A DNA stretch of 64,000 bases, taken from positions 153,690 to 217,689 of the forward strand of contig JBDRJF010000001.1 in assembly GCA_043815185.1 (NCBI GenBank). Direction: 5' to 3'. Made by a program: the position numbers and the translations under genes. This DNA is from Candidatus Omnitrophota bacterium. GTDB lineage: Bacteria; Omnitrophota; Gorgyraeia; Duberdicusellales; 4484-171. Under the pieces are notes generated by a model, which was given only the letters and a program-made list of their open reading frames with translations, was not told the origin of the DNA and did no database searches. Positions 1-8,562 of the stretch are shown in pieces; position 1 is the first letter of the stretch; every line of letters starts with the position of its first letter.

Positions 1-427
1 TCCTGTCCATACGCATATCTAAAGGCCCTTTTTTAGAAAAACTAAACCCCCGCTCCGGGTCACTTAACTGATAGCTGGAAATTCCTAAATCGAATAAGAA
101 AGCATCTACCTCATTTATATTTAATTTCTTCAATATCTGACCTAAATTGGCAAAATTGTCTCTGATCAGGCAAAACCTTCCTTTAAAAAAAGGTTCTAGA
201 TTGGCCTGGGCAACTTTTAAGGAGTTTTGATCCCGGTCAATGCCTATAATAAAGGCTTCCTGGCCCATAGATTCCAGCAACTTAAAAACATGAGAGCCGA
301 TACCTACGGTGCAATCAACAACAACCCGCTTAGGCTTTAAATCGAGGAACTTTAAAACTTCCCGATACATAACCGGATAATGATCAGCTTTTCTCATAAC
401 CTTATGGGGAATTTGAGAAACAATCAT
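1..427 (-). CDS. rsmH: 16S rRNA (cytosine1402-N4)-methyltransferase RsmH, 5' part only (gene continues past the window start)
   Basis: Absent from the ORF track because it is truncated. Hand translation of the minus strand from the ATG at 425-427 gives MIVSQIPHKVMRKADHYPVMYREVLKFLDLKPKRVVVDCTVGIGSHVFKLL...IGIDRDQNSL...FDLGISSYQLSDPERGFSFSKKGPLDMRMD, which is the RsmH/MraW N-terminal SAM-binding region. It lies downstream of mraZ, as in dcw clusters. Confidence 0.85.
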   Translation of the reverse strand, partial: MIVSQIPHKVMRKADHYPVMYREVLKFLDLKPKRVVVDCTVGIGSHVFKLLESMGQEAFIIGIDRDQNSLKVAQANLEPFFKGRFCLIRDNFANLGQILKKLNINEVDAFLFDLGISSYQLSDPERGFSFSKKGPLDMRMDR

Positions 428-446
428 TTCATTTCCTTAAAACAAA

Positions 447-599
447 TCATCTCTTGGATGTTTTTCGCTTAGCCAGAACAGTTGCTGAGGTCTTTTTATC
501 GGCCATTTGACAAACACCAAAACCGGACAGGCTAACTATTGACAAACCTAAAAGACGTCCTTTATTCTCCACTAACGGAGCTTTTCGAGTTTTAACCAT
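447..599 (-). CDS. hypothetical small protein (50 aa) in the mraZ-rsmH spacer
   Basis: Below the ORF-track size cutoff. Hand translation gives MVKTRKAPLVENKGRLLGLSIVSLSGFGVCQMADKKTSATVLAKRKTSKR. The ATG at 597-599 has GGAGG 4 nt upstream, and the TGA stop is at 447-449. No family recognised. Confidence 0.3.
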   Translation of the reverse strand: MVKTRKAPLVENKGRLLGLSIVSLSGFGVCQMADKKTSATVLAKRKTSKR

Positions 600-646
600 T
601 AGTCCTCCCCTATTTTCCTGGCTACCTTTGTAAAAAATGCCCGCTT

Positions 647-1084
647 CTATATTTCAAAGAGATTCTCGGCCATCCCTTCAAACTTCTTTTTATTGCCTTG
701 ATAGAATTTATTCCAACGGTCACTACTCCAAACTTCAATCCTGTCGGCTACTCCGATTATCACGATTTCTCTTCTAATCTGGGCAAATTCTTTCAAGTAC
801 TCAGGAAGTGTTATCCGACCTTGAGCATCAATATCAATTTCCGATGCCCCGCTAAAATATAAGCGGTTAAAGAATCTTGACTGCTGCTTTGTAAATGGTA
901 AAGATTTTAGTCTATCCTCCAGATTCTCCCAGGCTTCTTGGGAAACCAGGAAGAGACAACCATCGAGTCCCCGGGTAATAAAAAATTTCTTTTTTTTTAG
1001 GGTTTTTATCTTTTCACGAAACTTGGCCGGCAGAATAAATCGATCTTTATTGTCTAAGCTGTGTGTATACTCACCATACCACAT
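647..1084 (-). CDS. mraZ: transcriptional regulator MraZ
   Basis: 145 aa with a duplicated MraZ motif (DNKDRFILPAKFR and DAQGRITLPEYL). First gene of a dcw-type cluster, followed by rsmH. Confidence 0.9.
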   Translation of the reverse strand: MWYGEYTHSLDNKDRFILPAKFREKIKTLKKKKFFITRGLDGCLFLVSQEAWENLEDRLKSLPFTKQQSRFFNRLYFSGASEIDIDAQGRITLPEYLKEFAQIRREIVIIGVADRIEVWSSDRWNKFYQGNKKKFEGMAENLFEI

Positions 1085-1109
1085 TCCACTTTACTCCATT
1101 TTGTTCCAC
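1085..1109 (-). promoter_or_regulatory. candidate MraZ operator: three (G/A)TGGA direct repeats with 10-bp phasing
   Basis: The plus strand reads TCCAC at 1085-1089, TCCAT at 1095-1099 and TCCAC at 1105-1109 (minus strand GTGGA, ATGGA, GTGGA). They lie between the -10 box and the mraZ ATG. MraZ proteins are known to bind phased direct repeats in their own promoter. Confidence 0.5.
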
Positions 1110-1115
1110 AATATG

Positions 1116-1144
1116 AATATAAAACAAAACCTTTGGGTTGTCAA
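1116..1144 (-). promoter_or_regulatory. sigma70-type promoter of mraZ (TTGACA-17-TATATT)
   Basis: On the minus strand, TTGACA is at 1139-1144 and TATATT at 1116-1121, with a 17-nt spacer. The promoter sits about 30 nt upstream of the mraZ ATG. Confidence 0.55.
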
Positions 1145-1189
1145 GGGTTTTTGATGAATAAATGCTTACACCACAAGAGGTTGTGGATG

Positions 1190-2146
1190 TTAGTGCCCTA
1201 AAGCACTATATTTTGTGGTCAGGGTGGCAATATCTTTGCTAATAGCAGCGCCTAAAGCCGTTAAAGAAGAAAATTCTTGCTCGTTTCTTATCTTGACTAG
1301 AAAAACGATTTTGATGGTTTTCCCCAGAATATTTTTCCCAAAATTTAAAATGTGAGCTTCGATAACCGGCTGAGAAGCCTTAACAAGAGTAGGCCGAAAG
1401 CCGACATTAACAGCAGCCGGATAGACTTTTTTCCTGAAAATTACCCAAGCCGCATATACCGCCGGTGCTGGAGTAACATATTCTCCTGCTCGAATATTTG
1501 CGGTAGGAAAACCGAGTTTTCTCCCTAAGCCTTTCCCTTTAAATACCCTTCCGGTTAGGGAAAAATTGCGGCCCAAGAGTTCTTTAGCTTCTTTTAATTG
1601 GCCCTGTTGGATAACCTTCCGGATTAACGAACTGCTTATTATCTTTTCATTCTTACTCTTCTTCTTTATAGTTGATAACTGGAATTTATGTTTGCTCCCT
1701 AATTTCCTTAAATCTTTTAAATCCCCTCCGCCCTGATGTCCAAAACGAAAATCTTCACCGACGATAAGCCTTTCGATCTTAAAATATTTCTGGATATAGT
1801 TGATGAAATCTTGAGCTGATAGCCTTAGGAGAGATTCTCTGGTCTTTAAAAACCAAAGATAATCCAGGCCTAATGAACTTATCAAGGCAGTCTTCTGATC
1901 CTTCTCAGTCAAGCAACCAATAAAGGCTTTTTCCGGACGGCAATGAAGTTTAAGTTCCCTTTTAGTTAAGAATTGCTGGGGCGGGATATCAAAGGTGATC
2001 ACTAAGGAAGCTAAGCCTTCCTTTTCGGCGGCTTTTCTTACTTTTTTTAAGATATACTGGTGTCCCAGATGAATTCCGTCAAAAACACCGACGGTTGCTA
2101 TGCATTTTACTCTCTTAAGAGGTAAACTGTTGAAGATGACTTTCAT
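1190..2146 (-). CDS. ribF: bifunctional riboflavin kinase / FMN adenylyltransferase
   Basis: 318 aa. The N-terminal FAD synthetase motif VGVFDGIHLGHQ and the C-terminal riboflavin kinase motif LGFPTANI are both present. Confidence 0.9.
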   Translation of the reverse strand: MKVIFNSLPLKRVKCIATVGVFDGIHLGHQYILKKVRKAAEKEGLASLVITFDIPPQQFLTKRELKLHCRPEKAFIGCLTEKDQKTALISSLGLDYLWFLKTRESLLRLSAQDFINYIQKYFKIERLIVGEDFRFGHQGGGDLKDLRKLGSKHKFQLSTIKKKSKNEKIISSSLIRKVIQQGQLKEAKELLGRNFSLTGRVFKGKGLGRKLGFPTANIRAGEYVTPAPAVYAAWVIFRKKVYPAAVNVGFRPTLVKASQPVIEAHILNFGKNILGKTIKIVFLVKIRNEQEFSSLTALGAAISKDIATLTTKYSALGH

Positions 2147-2795
2147 TAATCTCTTCCGGGGCTACTGCTTTGGCTAACTCAAAAGTGCCGATTTTCAAGC
2201 GTAATATTTTCACCATATGAGCTCCGCAACCTAATTTTTCGCCGATATCCTCAGCTAACTTTCGCACATATGTTCCTTTAGAGCAGTGAATGCGAAACTC
2301 AACAAAAGGAAGACCTATTTTTAATACCTCTAAAGAGTGTATCCGTATCTTTCGCGGAGACCTCTCCACTACAATGCCCCGACGAGCTAAATTATAAAGT
2401 CTTTTACCCTTCACTCTCAAAGCACTAACCATGGGAGGAATTTGCTCTGTCGCACCGGCAAATAAAGAAAAAACTTCCCTTATGTTCTGAGCATCAATCT
2501 GGGTCCAATCGTGTTTTTCTCTAATTTCCCCTTGAGAATCTCCGGTAGTTGTAGCCTCTCCCAACTTTAGCACCCCGATGTATTCCTTATCGAAACTAGC
2601 AAATTTAGAAAATAACTTCGTACTCCTGCCGACTAAAACAACTAATAGTCCTTCAGCTAACGGATCCAAAGTCCCAGCATGTCCAACCCTTTTAATCTTA
2701 AGACGCCTCCTTACAATATCTACTACATCGTGAGAAGTAATACCTTTGGGTTTATTTATCAGAATGATTCCTTGAATGCTATTATTTTTAAACAT
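2115..2795 (-). CDS. truB: tRNA pseudouridine(55) synthase TruB (short form, no PUA domain)
   Basis: 226 aa with the catalytic motif GHAGTLDPLAEGLLVVLVG. The protein ends shortly after the catalytic domain. Confidence 0.9.
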   Translation of the reverse strand: MFKNNSIQGIILINKPKGITSHDVVDIVRRRLKIKRVGHAGTLDPLAEGLLVVLVGRSTKLFSKFASFDKEYIGVLKLGEATTTGDSQGEIREKHDWTQIDAQNIREVFSLFAGATEQIPPMVSALRVKGKRLYNLARRGIVVERSPRKIRIHSLEVLKIGLPFVEFRIHCSKGTYVRKLAEDIGEKLGCGAHMVKILRLKIGTFELAKAVAPEEINESHLQQFTS

Positions 2796-2823
2796 AACTT
2801 TCGGATGGCTTGAGGCTGGCCCT

Positions 2824-3792
2824 TTACTTCTTCCCTTTTCTTCTATTAATGCACCTTTTTACAAAAGAAATTACTTTTTCCTCAGCCCGCTTAAGGGGCT
2901 CCTCAACAGTAGTGCCACTTGCATTCTTGTGTCCGCCGCCGCCAAAGAATTTTGCGATTCTATTTACATCAACCCGGTCCCGAGAACGAAAATTCACCCG
3001 GGTCCTGTGTCTGTCTACTTTCTTGAAAAGAAGAAAGACTTCCGGGTCCTTTAATAATCGCATTATCGAAAAAATTACTTCCGTAAGGTCGTAGTTTTTA
3101 TCCCTCCAATCGGTTATTGTAGCCCAAGATATTTTTCGCCGCGGATCGAGTTTCAAAGAGGAAATAATCTTACCGATAAAGTTTAAATCAACCGGCATAC
3201 ACAAACTATGGATATTGTCGTAAATCTCATGAGGATGCAGATTATATTTCATTAAACTGGAAACAACTCTATGAGTTTGGTAGCCGGTATTAGCATAGGT
3301 AAAGTTGCCAGTGTCGGTAAAAATACCGGTGTATAAACAAAGGGCGATATTCTTATCCATGATTTTAAAATTCTCACAAAGCTGATAAAGTATCTGGGCT
3401 GTCGAACCACATGAAGGCTCTACCCAGTTAATATCACCGAAACCTGTATTGCTAACGTGGTGGTCGATATTAATAATACAACCAGCTTTATTTAAAACAT
3501 CTTTAACCTTACCGGTCCGTGAGACAGCAGAACAGTCTAAGACCAAGGCTACATCAAACTTATCCCCAGCTAGGCTATTTTTTATAACCCGGCTAAAGGG
3601 AAGAAACTTATAGATATTAGGGGTAGGATCATTATTATAAATAACCACCTTTTTTTTAAGTTCCTTAAGCAGCTGGTAGACAGCCAGCTCTGAGCCTAAA
3701 GCATCTCCTTCTAAATTCATGTGGGCGGTAATGAGAAAACTCTTGCTGCTGTTTATCTTCTCAGCTATCTTCTTCAGTAATCGTCTCTTCAT
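2824..3792 (-). CDS. nrnA: DHH/DHHA1 phosphoesterase (NrnA-like oligoribonuclease / pAp phosphatase)
   Basis: 322 aa with the DHH motif NIDHHVSN and the DHHA1 motif GGGGHKNASG. It occupies the classic position between rbfA and truB. Confidence 0.8.
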   Translation of the reverse strand: MKRRLLKKIAEKINSSKSFLITAHMNLEGDALGSELAVYQLLKELKKKVVIYNNDPTPNIYKFLPFSRVIKNSLAGDKFDVALVLDCSAVSRTGKVKDVLNKAGCIINIDHHVSNTGFGDINWVEPSCGSTAQILYQLCENFKIMDKNIALCLYTGIFTDTGNFTYANTGYQTHRVVSSLMKYNLHPHEIYDNIHSLCMPVDLNFIGKIISSLKLDPRRKISWATITDWRDKNYDLTEVIFSIMRLLKDPEVFLLFKKVDRHRTRVNFRSRDRVDVNRIAKFFGGGGHKNASGTTVEEPLKRAEEKVISFVKRCINRRKGKK

Positions 3793-4141
3793 TTTTTCCG
3801 TTCATCTCCTTGACTTCTTCTATTTTCTGATAAATATCGACACTATATTTTATTGACTCATCGGGTATGAAGTTTAACTGAGGCAAAGTTTTTAATCTTA
3901 TTCTCTTAGCCAGGCTGCTTCTGATAAACCCCTTCATCTGCTCTAGTGCTTCTTTAGCCTTGATGTAACTATTCTCATCAAGCAGAGTATAGTAAACCTT
4001 GCTTTCCTGTAAGTCTTTAGTTGTCTCGACCCTGACTATCGATAGAAAATCCAGGCCCGGATCATCAATCTCTCTCTGGATTACTGCCATAATCTGCTTC
4101 TTTAGCTCCTGATTGATCTTTTCCATCCGTAATGACATCAT
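3761..4141 (-). CDS. rbfA: ribosome-binding factor A
   Basis: 126 aa with an RbfA-like sequence (INQELKKQIMAVIQREIDDPGLDFLSIVRVETTKDLQESKVYY). GAGG lies 5 nt upstream of the ATG. Confidence 0.85.
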   Translation of the reverse strand: MMSLRMEKINQELKKQIMAVIQREIDDPGLDFLSIVRVETTKDLQESKVYYTLLDENSYIKAKEALEQMKGFIRSSLAKRIRLKTLPQLNFIPDESIKYSVDIYQKIEEVKEMNGKNEETITEEDS

Positions 4142-4186
4142 TTAAACCTCAACCTAAACTAATAAATCTATTCGTAAAGAAGGGAA

Positions 4187-4215
4187 ATTATAGCTTAACC
4201 TCCCTAAAATATCAA
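4187..4215 (-). promoter_or_regulatory. candidate promoter of rbfA operon (TTGATA-17-TATAAT)
   Basis: On the minus strand, TTGATA is at 4210-4215 and TATAAT at 4187-4192, with a 17-nt spacer, about 45 nt upstream of the rbfA ATG. Confidence 0.45.
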
Positions 4216-4281
4216 CACCTTTCTGGCCTGCGTTAATCCCTGTCTGCCGGGCAGGCAGGACGGCGAGATTAAACCAAACTG

Positions 4282-5553
4282 TTACTTCTTGTGGCGTTTA
4301 AAAATACGCTTTAATTCTTTAAGCTCCTGATGTTTACCTTTTAAATCCTTGTCGATCTTAGAATAAAGAGTCTGACGCAGAACTTTGCCGTATAAATCGT
4401 GGGGCCTCAAATCCATTTCTTTTAAGTCCTGGCCTTTAACTTTAAGATTGATATCTACTAACTTATCTAAAAAATGCTCAATATTCTTTCGTAGCCTGGG
4501 CTCTTTATAATAAGCATAAAAGAAAAGAATACTTTCAAAACTATAGGGCCCAAGAATCCGATAAATAGTACTCGCTTTAGCCTGCCGGCTTAATCTTTTT
4601 ATCTTGTGCTTACCTTGAACTATCGAACTAACTATAGTTCTTTCACCTTTACGAAATCCGAAATCATGGAAGAATTTCTTTAATCCGGGAGTAGTAAGTT
4701 TACTCAGGAGCGCCGCTAAATAAAGAAGCCAGACTTTAAGCTTACGATGCCGTGCAAACTTCTTTTGATAGTAATGGTATGCTTTTTCGATTCTTAAAAA
4801 AAGGCGAAAAAATTCCCCATCTGTTCTTATCCTTTTATCTAAAAAAGAAAAATCCCCTAATTCTTTAATCCTTCTGATACAGCGGTAAGGCCGGGGTTCA
4901 CTCAAAATGAGAATAATCTCATCCCTAAGCCTGTGTGGACTAACTAGCTTTAAGGCGCCTGTCCCCAAAGCCTCTTTCATCAGTTTAAAAGTATTAGCCT
5001 CAATTTTAAACGAAAGTCTCTGCTCAAATCTTATAGCCCTTAATATCCGGGTAGGATCCTCTTGAAAACTCATCGGGTGCAAAACTCGGATTAAACCTCT
5101 TTTTAAATCACTTAATCCATTAGATAAATCAATCAGGGCGCCATAATCAGGTTTATTCAAACTTATAGCCATAGCATTTATCGAAAAATCGCGGCGAAGT
5201 AAATCCTTGGCTAAAGGGGCCGGCGAAACACTCGGCAAAGCTCCCCAGTGGCGGTACTCCTCGGTACGGGCAGTAGCAAAATCGATTTTATGTTGATCAA
5301 AATATAAAGTTGCTGTACCAAAGCTATGGTGACGGTTAAATTTCGCCCCCAGGCGGCTGGCCAATTTTTTGACAAAAACAATGGCGTTCCCTTCTACAAC
5401 AATATCTAAATCAAAAACTTCCTTTTTTAAAATCAAATCCCTGACCACCCCCCCCACAAGATAAATATTAACTCCTAAAGATTTGGCTGACAAAGAAGAA
5501 GTTTTAAGAATTTTTTTAAACTGCGGTGATAATTTTTGTAATCTATTTACCAT
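4282..5553 (-). CDS. class II nucleotidyltransferase (tRNA CC-/A-/CCA-adding enzyme or poly(A) polymerase family), no HD domain
   Basis: 423 aa with head-domain motifs GGVVRDLIL..FDLDIVV (DxD), RRDFSINAMA and EDPTRILRAIRF. Confidence 0.75.
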   Translation of the reverse strand: MVNRLQKLSPQFKKILKTSSLSAKSLGVNIYLVGGVVRDLILKKEVFDLDIVVEGNAIVFVKKLASRLGAKFNRHHSFGTATLYFDQHKIDFATARTEEYRHWGALPSVSPAPLAKDLLRRDFSINAMAISLNKPDYGALIDLSNGLSDLKRGLIRVLHPMSFQEDPTRILRAIRFEQRLSFKIEANTFKLMKEALGTGALKLVSPHRLRDEIILILSEPRPYRCIRRIKELGDFSFLDKRIRTDGEFFRLFLRIEKAYHYYQKKFARHRKLKVWLLYLAALLSKLTTPGLKKFFHDFGFRKGERTIVSSIVQGKHKIKRLSRQAKASTIYRILGPYSFESILFFYAYYKEPRLRKNIEHFLDKLVDINLKVKGQDLKEMDLRPHDLYGKVLRQTLYSKIDKDLKGKHQELKELKRIFKRHKK

Positions 5554-5671
5554 AAGTTATAATTAATATGTAAATGAGTATCTGGGTAAATGAGGCAACG
5601 AGTATCTAAACAAACCTTTGTCAGCTTCAAAACACTTTTACTCATCTACACTTTTACGCACTTACTATTTT

Positions 5672-6559
5672 TTACTTAGCCCGAGGATGAAATTGGCTAT
5701 GAATTTGTTTTAGCCTTCTCTGGTTGACATGAGTATATACTTGAGTGGTGGTTATGCTGGCATGGCCAAGCATCTCCTGAACACTTCGTAAATCTGCCCC
5801 CCGTTCAAGAAGATGGGTAGCAAAAGAATGCCTTAAGGTATGGGGACTTACTACCTTCTTAATTCCCGCCTTACGCACCATCTTCTTGACCATCTTCCAT
5901 ACGCTTTGGCGGCTTATAGCCCGTCCGCCCTGAACCAGGAAAAGATAAGAACTCACCCTTTTACCTAAAAGCTTGCCGCGGGTCTCTTTAAGATATTTTT
6001 GCAAAAAGTGACTGGCACTCTTACCTAAAGGGACTATCCGCTCCTTAGCCCCCTTACCCTTACATTTGATGAACCCCACATCCAAGTTTACATCGCTAAT
6101 ATTAAGTTTGGCCAGCTCGGAAACTCGCAAGCCAGTGGCATAGATAAGTTCTAGAATTGCCTTTTCCCTTATTCCTTGCAGCTTCTTTAAATTAGGTGCT
6201 TTTAACAGCTTGATTACCTCATCAAAAGTCAAAAAATTGGGAATCTTTTTTTCCAGCTTCGGGGCCTCAATGAGATCCGAAGAATCTTGTAAAGTTATCT
6301 TCTCCCGCAGTAAAAATTTATGGAAGCTTTTAATTGATGAGAGAACCCGGGCAATACTTATCGGAGATATTCTCTTGCGCAAGTGAAATAAGAAATCAGT
6401 GATATTCTTACGGACTACACTTCTGGGATCAGCCAATCCTTGCTTTTTTAAATGCTTTAGATATTGCTTTAAATCCTGGCTATAAGCAGAGATGGAGTTG
6501 GCAGATAAACCTTTTTCTACCCTTAAATAATCAATAAATGCTTCCAGGTAAATTTCCAT
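5672..6559 (-). CDS. xerD: site-specific tyrosine recombinase XerD-like
   Basis: 295 aa with ATGLRVSEL, GKGAKERIVPLG, HTLRHSFATHLLERGADLRSVQEMLGHASITTTQVYTHV (the R-H-R-Y catalytic set). Confidence 0.8.
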   Translation of the reverse strand: MEIYLEAFIDYLRVEKGLSANSISAYSQDLKQYLKHLKKQGLADPRSVVRKNITDFLFHLRKRISPISIARVLSSIKSFHKFLLREKITLQDSSDLIEAPKLEKKIPNFLTFDEVIKLLKAPNLKKLQGIREKAILELIYATGLRVSELAKLNISDVNLDVGFIKCKGKGAKERIVPLGKSASHFLQKYLKETRGKLLGKRVSSYLFLVQGGRAISRQSVWKMVKKMVRKAGIKKVVSPHTLRHSFATHLLERGADLRSVQEMLGHASITTTQVYTHVNQRRLKQIHSQFHPRAK

Positions 6560-6568
6560 ATAGGTTAA

Positions 6569-7186
6569 TTAACCTAAAAAAGGATTAGTTGCGATTTCTC
6601 TGCCTATCGTAGTAGAATCCCCGTGCCCGGGATAAACTTGAGTCTCCGGAGGCAAGCTTAATAACTTTTCCTTTATCGACTTAAGGATTAACTCCTGGGA
6701 TGCTCCCGGTATATCAGTCCGGCCCACGGAACCTGAAAACAGGGTATCCCCGCTGAAAAGCCAATTATTCAGCTTAAGCGACACTCCTCCGGGAGTATGT
6801 CCGGGGGTGTGAATGATTTCAATCGGGTATTGGCCAAAATAAAAAGGCATTCCTTCCGCATAAAGGCGCGGTTTTTTATTAATTTCAAAAGGCCGGCCAA
6901 ATAAAACTGAACCGTTCAATTGAGAATTGTTTAAGAATCCTGAATCTTCCCGGTGGACATAAAAAGGAAACTGCAAACTCTCTAACCCGGCAATGTGGTC
7001 AAAATGAGCATGAGTTAAAGCGATAAAAGAAATTATTAAATTCCGGATTTTAACAAAATCTAAAATCTCATCCACCGGAGCCGGAGCATCAATCAGGAAC
7101 CCTTTCTTGGATTTAGGGCCAAAAACAAGGTAGCAATTGTTGAAGATATCACCTAAACAAAAGGTCTTTATGATTAGTTCATCCAT
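6569..7186 (-). CDS. MBL-fold metallo-hydrolase (glyoxalase II-like)
   Basis: 205 aa with the metal-binding motif THAHFDHIAG, plus HTPGHTPG and a later GD...GR...D pattern. Confidence 0.8.
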   Translation of the reverse strand: MDELIIKTFCLGDIFNNCYLVFGPKSKKGFLIDAPAPVDEILDFVKIRNLIISFIALTHAHFDHIAGLESLQFPFYVHREDSGFLNNSQLNGSVLFGRPFEINKKPRLYAEGMPFYFGQYPIEIIHTPGHTPGGVSLKLNNWLFSGDTLFSGSVGRTDIPGASQELILKSIKEKLLSLPPETQVYPGHGDSTTIGREIATNPFLG

Positions 7187-7656
7187 TTTTCAGCATCATT
7201 GTAATTGAAGTCTTTCTCAAGTCTCCGCTTCAGCCGCTCTATTTTGCGGACAAGAGCGTTTCTTTTAGTCTCGCTCATATTAGGTTCTTTCTCCATCGTT
7301 TCCCTTAAACCTTGCAATTCTTCATATAAAGGATAAATCTTCTCTTTCCCCTCAGGGTTGTAAAAAGTGATTATCTCCTCTAAATTCATTATGGCTTGAT
7401 TGACCGCTCTTCTCTGCCTCTTATTGCTAATTCCTTTTTTTAAAGCTTCAGTTAAATCTTCAAGCCAACCCCGGACAAAAAGATAGTAATTGACATAGGC
7501 GTTACGCGAAGGTTTGCCGGAATAGTCTTTAAAATTTACGTATACCGGAACCTCTTTTTTATACTTCTTTTTACGGATAAACTTCTTGCGGACATTTTGA
7601 CAGCCGGAAGTTAGGCTAAGTATGGCGATAAGCAAAAAAACTAATCCCTTTCTCAT
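7174..7656 (-). CDS. hypothetical lipoprotein
   Basis: The ORF track gives 7174..7701. I prefer the ATG at 7656, which gives MRKGLVFLLIAILSLTSGC (signal peptide plus a lipobox ending in Cys). The remainder is Lys/Glu-rich and matches no family I recognise. Confidence 0.5.
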   Translation of the reverse strand: MRKGLVFLLIAILSLTSGCQNVRKKFIRKKKYKKEVPVYVNFKDYSGKPSRNAYVNYYLFVRGWLEDLTEALKKGISNKRQRRAVNQAIMNLEEIITFYNPEGKEKIYPLYEELQGLRETMEKEPNMSETKRNALVRKIERLKRRLEKDFNYNDAEKWMN

Positions 7657-7771
7657 AAAAATAAAATCACTAGAATTCCTCTGGCCACTAATTAACACCA
7701 ATTATTATATCATATTTAGCGGCTAATTTGGTTAAAACCTCAGTCTTGAGAATTTAAAAACACAGTATATA

Positions 7772-8518
7772 CTAATATTTTACCTTGTAAAGATATAAGC
7801 CCTGGGCCGGGGCCGGGTTGTTAATATAAGGGGTTTTTTGCTTAAGGATAAGGGGTACGTCTTTAAGAGGAATTCCTCCGTTGGCTACCCTGACTAAGAA
7901 TGAGACCATGTTCCTGGCCATGCTTCTTAAGAAACCTTCGGCCTCGATATCAATATAAATCAAGTTTGTTCTCTTTCTGATTAAAATATCCTTGACTCTT
8001 CTGCGGCAATCCTTATAGTTCTTAGCTTCTTTGGCGAAGAGGGAAAAATCTCTCCGGCCTACCAATTTTCGGGATGCTTTGCCCATTTTTTTTAAATTAA
8101 GGGGTATGGGAATATGCCAGGCAAAACCTCGCCAGAATACCGAATCCTCTTTACTTTGAATAATTACATAGCGGTAAATCTTGGACTTAACTGAAAAACG
8201 GGCATGAAAATTACTGGCTACCGGTTTTACCTTTTTAACTCTTATATCCTGAGGCAAAAAAGTATTTAAAGCGGCCTTTATATTGGCTAAGGGAATTTTG
8301 CTATCAACCTTAAAATTCACTACCTGAGATTTTGCATGTACTCCTCTATCGGTTCTACCCGAAGCAACTACTCTTATTCTTCTCTTAAACAGCCTCAGCA
8401 GCGCCTGCTCCAAAACCCCCTGGACAGTTACCTGATCTCTAGCCTTTTTAGCCTGGACCTGAAAGCCAAAGTAATTCGTCCCCAGGTATTCTATTTCCAA
8501 AAATATATTCTTCTCCAT
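7772..8518 (-). CDS. truA: tRNA pseudouridine(38-40) synthase TruA
   Basis: 248 aa with YLGTNYFGFQVQ and the catalytic motif SGRTDRGVHA. Confidence 0.9.
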   Translation of the reverse strand: MEKNIFLEIEYLGTNYFGFQVQAKKARDQVTVQGVLEQALLRLFKRRIRVVASGRTDRGVHAKSQVVNFKVDSKIPLANIKAALNTFLPQDIRVKKVKPVASNFHARFSVKSKIYRYVIIQSKEDSVFWRGFAWHIPIPLNLKKMGKASRKLVGRRDFSLFAKEAKNYKDCRRRVKDILIRKRTNLIYIDIEAEGFLRSMARNMVSFLVRVANGGIPLKDVPLILKQKTPYINNPAPAQGLYLYKVKY

Positions 8519-8535
8519 ATCTAGCCTCGCTGCCC

Positions 8536-8556
8536 GGTTTAGGCGAATCCTAAACC
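8536..8556. repeat. palindromic element copy A: GGTTTAGG-CGAAT-CCTAAACC
   Basis: 8-bp arms with a 5-nt spacer, read directly from the sequence. Located 17 nt upstream of the truA ATG, at the predicted +1 of the truA promoter. The 19-nt core is identical to copy B in inverted orientation. Confidence 0.75.
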
Positions 8557-8562
8557 AAAGAT

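Noticed and set aside
1171-1186. Hairpin CCACAA-GAGG-TTGTGG, 3 nt after the ribF stop, considered as a possible terminator.
   Set aside because: It has only a 6-bp stem and no following U run. It could equally be an upstream MraZ-related GTGG site. Not supportable as a terminator.
6801-6813. CCGGGGGTGTGAA inside the MBL hydrolase gene matches 13 nt of the RAYT-flanking REP.
   Set aside because: It has no second arm or hairpin. The match is accounted for by the codons for the conserved IHTPGH metal-binding segment, so it is probably coincidence rather than a REP copy.
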